Positions 61,379 through 64,000 of a stretch of 64,000 nucleotides of DNA are shown here, piece after piece. The notes below the pieces were generated by a model that did not search any database, was not told the origin of the DNA, and saw nothing but the letters and a program-made list of their open reading frames with translations. The DNA lies in NCBI GenBank assembly GCA_038087875.1, contig CM075996.1:2358001-2422000 (forward strand). Reading direction: 5' to 3'. Made by a program: the position numbers and the translations under genes. Source of the DNA: Malacoraja senta (Eukaryota). Within the stretch, counting starts at the first letter, position 1, and each line of letters opens with the position of its first letter.

Positions 61379-62118
61379 TGGAATAGGTGCAGGAGTAGGC
61401 TATTCGGCCCTTCGAGCCAGCACCGCCATTCAATGTGATCATGGCTGATCATCCCAATCAGTACCCCGTTCCTGCCTTCTCCCCATATCCCCCGACTCCG
61501 CTATCTTTAAGAGCTCTACCTAACTCCCTCTTGAAAGCATCCAGAGAATTGACCTCTGGATGCAGAGAATTCTGAGGTAGATAGTGACTGAGTGAAAGAA
61601 GACCAGTTTCTCATTTGACTTTGGACAAGTTAACAGGTGGAAGTGTTCTTTCTAACTTTTAAAGTTTAGTTTAGTTTAGAGATACAGCGCGGAAACAGGC
61701 CCTTCGGCCCACCGGGTCCGCGCCAACCAGTGATCCCCGCACATTAACACTATCCTACACCCGCTAGGGACAACCTTTTTTTACATTTACCAAGCCAATT
61801 AACCTACAAACCTGCACGTCTTTGGCGTGTGGGAGGAAACCGAAGATAATAGACAATAGGTGCAGGAGTAGACCATTCGGCCCTTTGAGCCAGCACCACC
61901 ATTCAATGTGATCATGGCTGATCCCCAATCAGTACCCCGTTCCTGCCTTCTCCCCATATCCCCTGACTCCACTATTTTTAAGATCTTGGAGAAAACCCAC
62001 GCAGGTCACGGGGAGAACGGACAAACTCCATACAGACAGCACCCGTAGTCGGGATGGAACCCGGGTCTCCGGCGCTGCATTCGCTGTAAGGCAGCGACTC
62101 ATTTGGAAAAAAACTCAC

Positions 62119-62243
62119 CATACTTGGTAGGGAAGATTTCCTCATCAGTCAGTAGTTTTTGGATGTGAGTCATCACTAGGTCAATATACTGCGGTGCGGT
62201 ACATTTTATCTTCTTCCCCCGCTCATCTGTCCAGAAGTACTGA
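62119..62243 (-). CDS. MOB2: MOB2-like exon (QYFWTDERGKKIKCTAPQYIDLVMTHIQKLLTDEEIFPTKY)
   Basis: AG/GTGAG boundaries. Phases 2 and 1 match the neighbouring exons. Confidence 0.95.
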
Positions 62244-63720
62244 CTGTAGCAAAGGAAACAAATTACAACGTGGAAGATTAGCCTCACCATGCTGTAGTTG
62301 AAATAGCCATTACACATTCACTGGCCTGTGGTAGTATGTTTCTACTCTGAAAAAAGTATTACAGCAAGCTCTGTCATTGCAGAAAGGTTTTGACGAAAAT
62401 ATATATGCTATTTGATTACAATTTTCCTGCATGTCAGGCAAGTCATGTATTATACCCTTTGTTTAAAAATGAAATTGTTCTCAGTCTTGCAATTTTACAA
62501 AATCCCTAGATTTTTTGGAGGTGTGATAATTGCCATCAGAATTGCTCACAGGTAACTATCCAGCAGTACAAAGGCCGATAATTCTTGTCGCACTATCCAG
62601 CTGAGATTGACACATATCAAACAGGAGACTTATACTGGCTTGCTCAGCTCCTAAGTCCCTGGGGAGCTCTACAAGGTATTCAGCCAAGCAAGTTGTCGGA
62701 CAAGTTGAAACAAGTAGAATTTAAGTTAGCATTATTAATGATCGGACAGATGGCAGTAAGATAACATGCGCTTCACCGGCACTCTTACCATCCAAATGTT
62801 TTGTGTGATGTTATATTTATTATCAGCAGGAAGGAACTGCAGATGCTGGTTTACACCGAAAATAGACATTAAAAAGCTGGAGTAACTCAGCGGGTCAGGC
62901 AGCATCTCTAGAGAGAAGGAATAAGCGGATTTTCAGGTTGAGACCCTTCTTCAGAGTGAATCATGAGTCTGAAGAAGGGTCTCGACCCGAAACGTCGCCT
63001 ATTCCTTTTCTCTAGAGATGCTGCCTGACCCGCTGAGTTTCTCCAGCTTTTTGTGTCTATTGTGGCGCCATCTTGTGGCCGAGCCACTTTGGTCTCGAAC
63101 CTTTGTTTGTCAAGCTCGAGATCTCACGTATTTATTATTATATTTGTGGGAGCAGTTGAATGCTTGGAAAGGTTTGGTAACATTGTAGTTATGTTACTAC
63201 ACTAGAGTTGGAAGTCCCAGAGCTGAGACCAAATCCTCACACTGGCAAATGGAAAATTTAAATTCAAGTAATCAAATAAATATGAAATGAAACCTGGTAT
63301 CAGTGTTGACAACTGATTAAAAAAAAATTTTTTTTTTAATAAAAAGGTTCATGAATGTTAAATGTAAAACAAATTGTTGGATGAACTTAGCGGGTCCAGC
63401 AACATCTGTGGAGACGAAGGAATAGCCAGGTTTTTGGATTGAGATTTGGAGTGTAGAGGGAATGTAGCCTGTATACAGAGGCAAGAGGAAGGGGTGAGAC
63501 TGGGGCTGCCAGGTGCAGGAGGGCAATGATGGAACTTGGCTGGGGAGGGGGTTGATGTAGGGAGAGATTAGCTGGAGGGTGATGGGTGGAGTTGGGCCTC
63601 AGCTTTGTCTGCGATAGCAGCTCACACCTCCACATTTCTTCTTCTCGCCCTCTGGGGATTGAACTCAATGAACACTTAAATATGTAGCACATGACCGTTT
63701 AATGAGTGAAACGCACTTAC

Positions 63721-63814
63721 GTGTTGCAGGCATTCATCGCAGGGCAGGTCTCCGCTGTGCAGAACTCAGAGACGGCACTGTACTGCAGGTTTATGTGATT
63801 GAAAAATGTCATCG
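63721..63814 (-). CDS. MOB2: MOB kinase activator 2-like exon (MTFFNHINLQYSAVSEFCTAETCPAMNACN)
   Basis: AG/GTAAG boundaries. Resembles MOB2 TFFHHINLQYSTISEFCTGETC. Confidence 0.93.
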
Positions 63815-64000
63815 CTATTAATAAAAGCAATTAGGATTAAGAATGAGGCAGAGCATTACAGTCCAAATCAGTTATTTTAATTACAATGCTCTGTTCGCTT
63901 ATTCCCCCCTCAATAAAACCTCCCGCATCCAGAAAACAATGCTGAGATGTATCAATGCATGCAGGCACGAGAGTCGGCAGATGCTGCATTCTAGAGCAAC

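Noticed and set aside
950..63060. Recurrent partly palindromic repeats resembling a CRISPR or REP system
   Set aside because: Eukaryotic context, irregular spacing, no spacers or cas genes. Explained by Penelope pLTR derivatives.

Overview
Vertebrate genomic DNA, most likely a cartilaginous fish (skate or ray), judged from HE1-type V-SINEs, CR1, Rex1 and Penelope repeats. It is very repeat-dense and has one 200-N scaffold gap (44039-44238). Genes read directly from spliced exons: (1) the 3' eight coding exons of a divergent transportin-3-like gene (+, 1368-20720); (2) a complete 4-exon, 241-aa RERG/RASL-family small GTPase without a CAAX box (-, 28271-34639); (3) an uncharacterised spliced coiled-coil gene (-, about 38940-43171); (4) only the last two exons of a BRSK/SAD kinase (+, 46232-47200), with the rest missing at the gap; (5) the last three exons of a MOB2-like gene (-, 58749-63814). 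The most notable non-genic signal is a ~136-bp TSD-flanked retroposon (11512-11647, minus strand). Its first 54 nt fold into a complete minimal HDV-like self-cleaving ribozyme, and its 5' end falls exactly on the predicted cleavage site. A Vingi/Ingi-like LINE fragment with a similar (GAA)n tail lies nearby as a candidate mobiliser. The dominant repeat is a Penelope-derived pseudo-LTR carrying a minimal hammerhead core (CTGAAGA-stem-GAAAC-GTC) in many copies. Almost all ORFs in the supplied track are repeat or microsatellite artefacts. Comparisons with known proteins and repeat families are from memory, not database searches.
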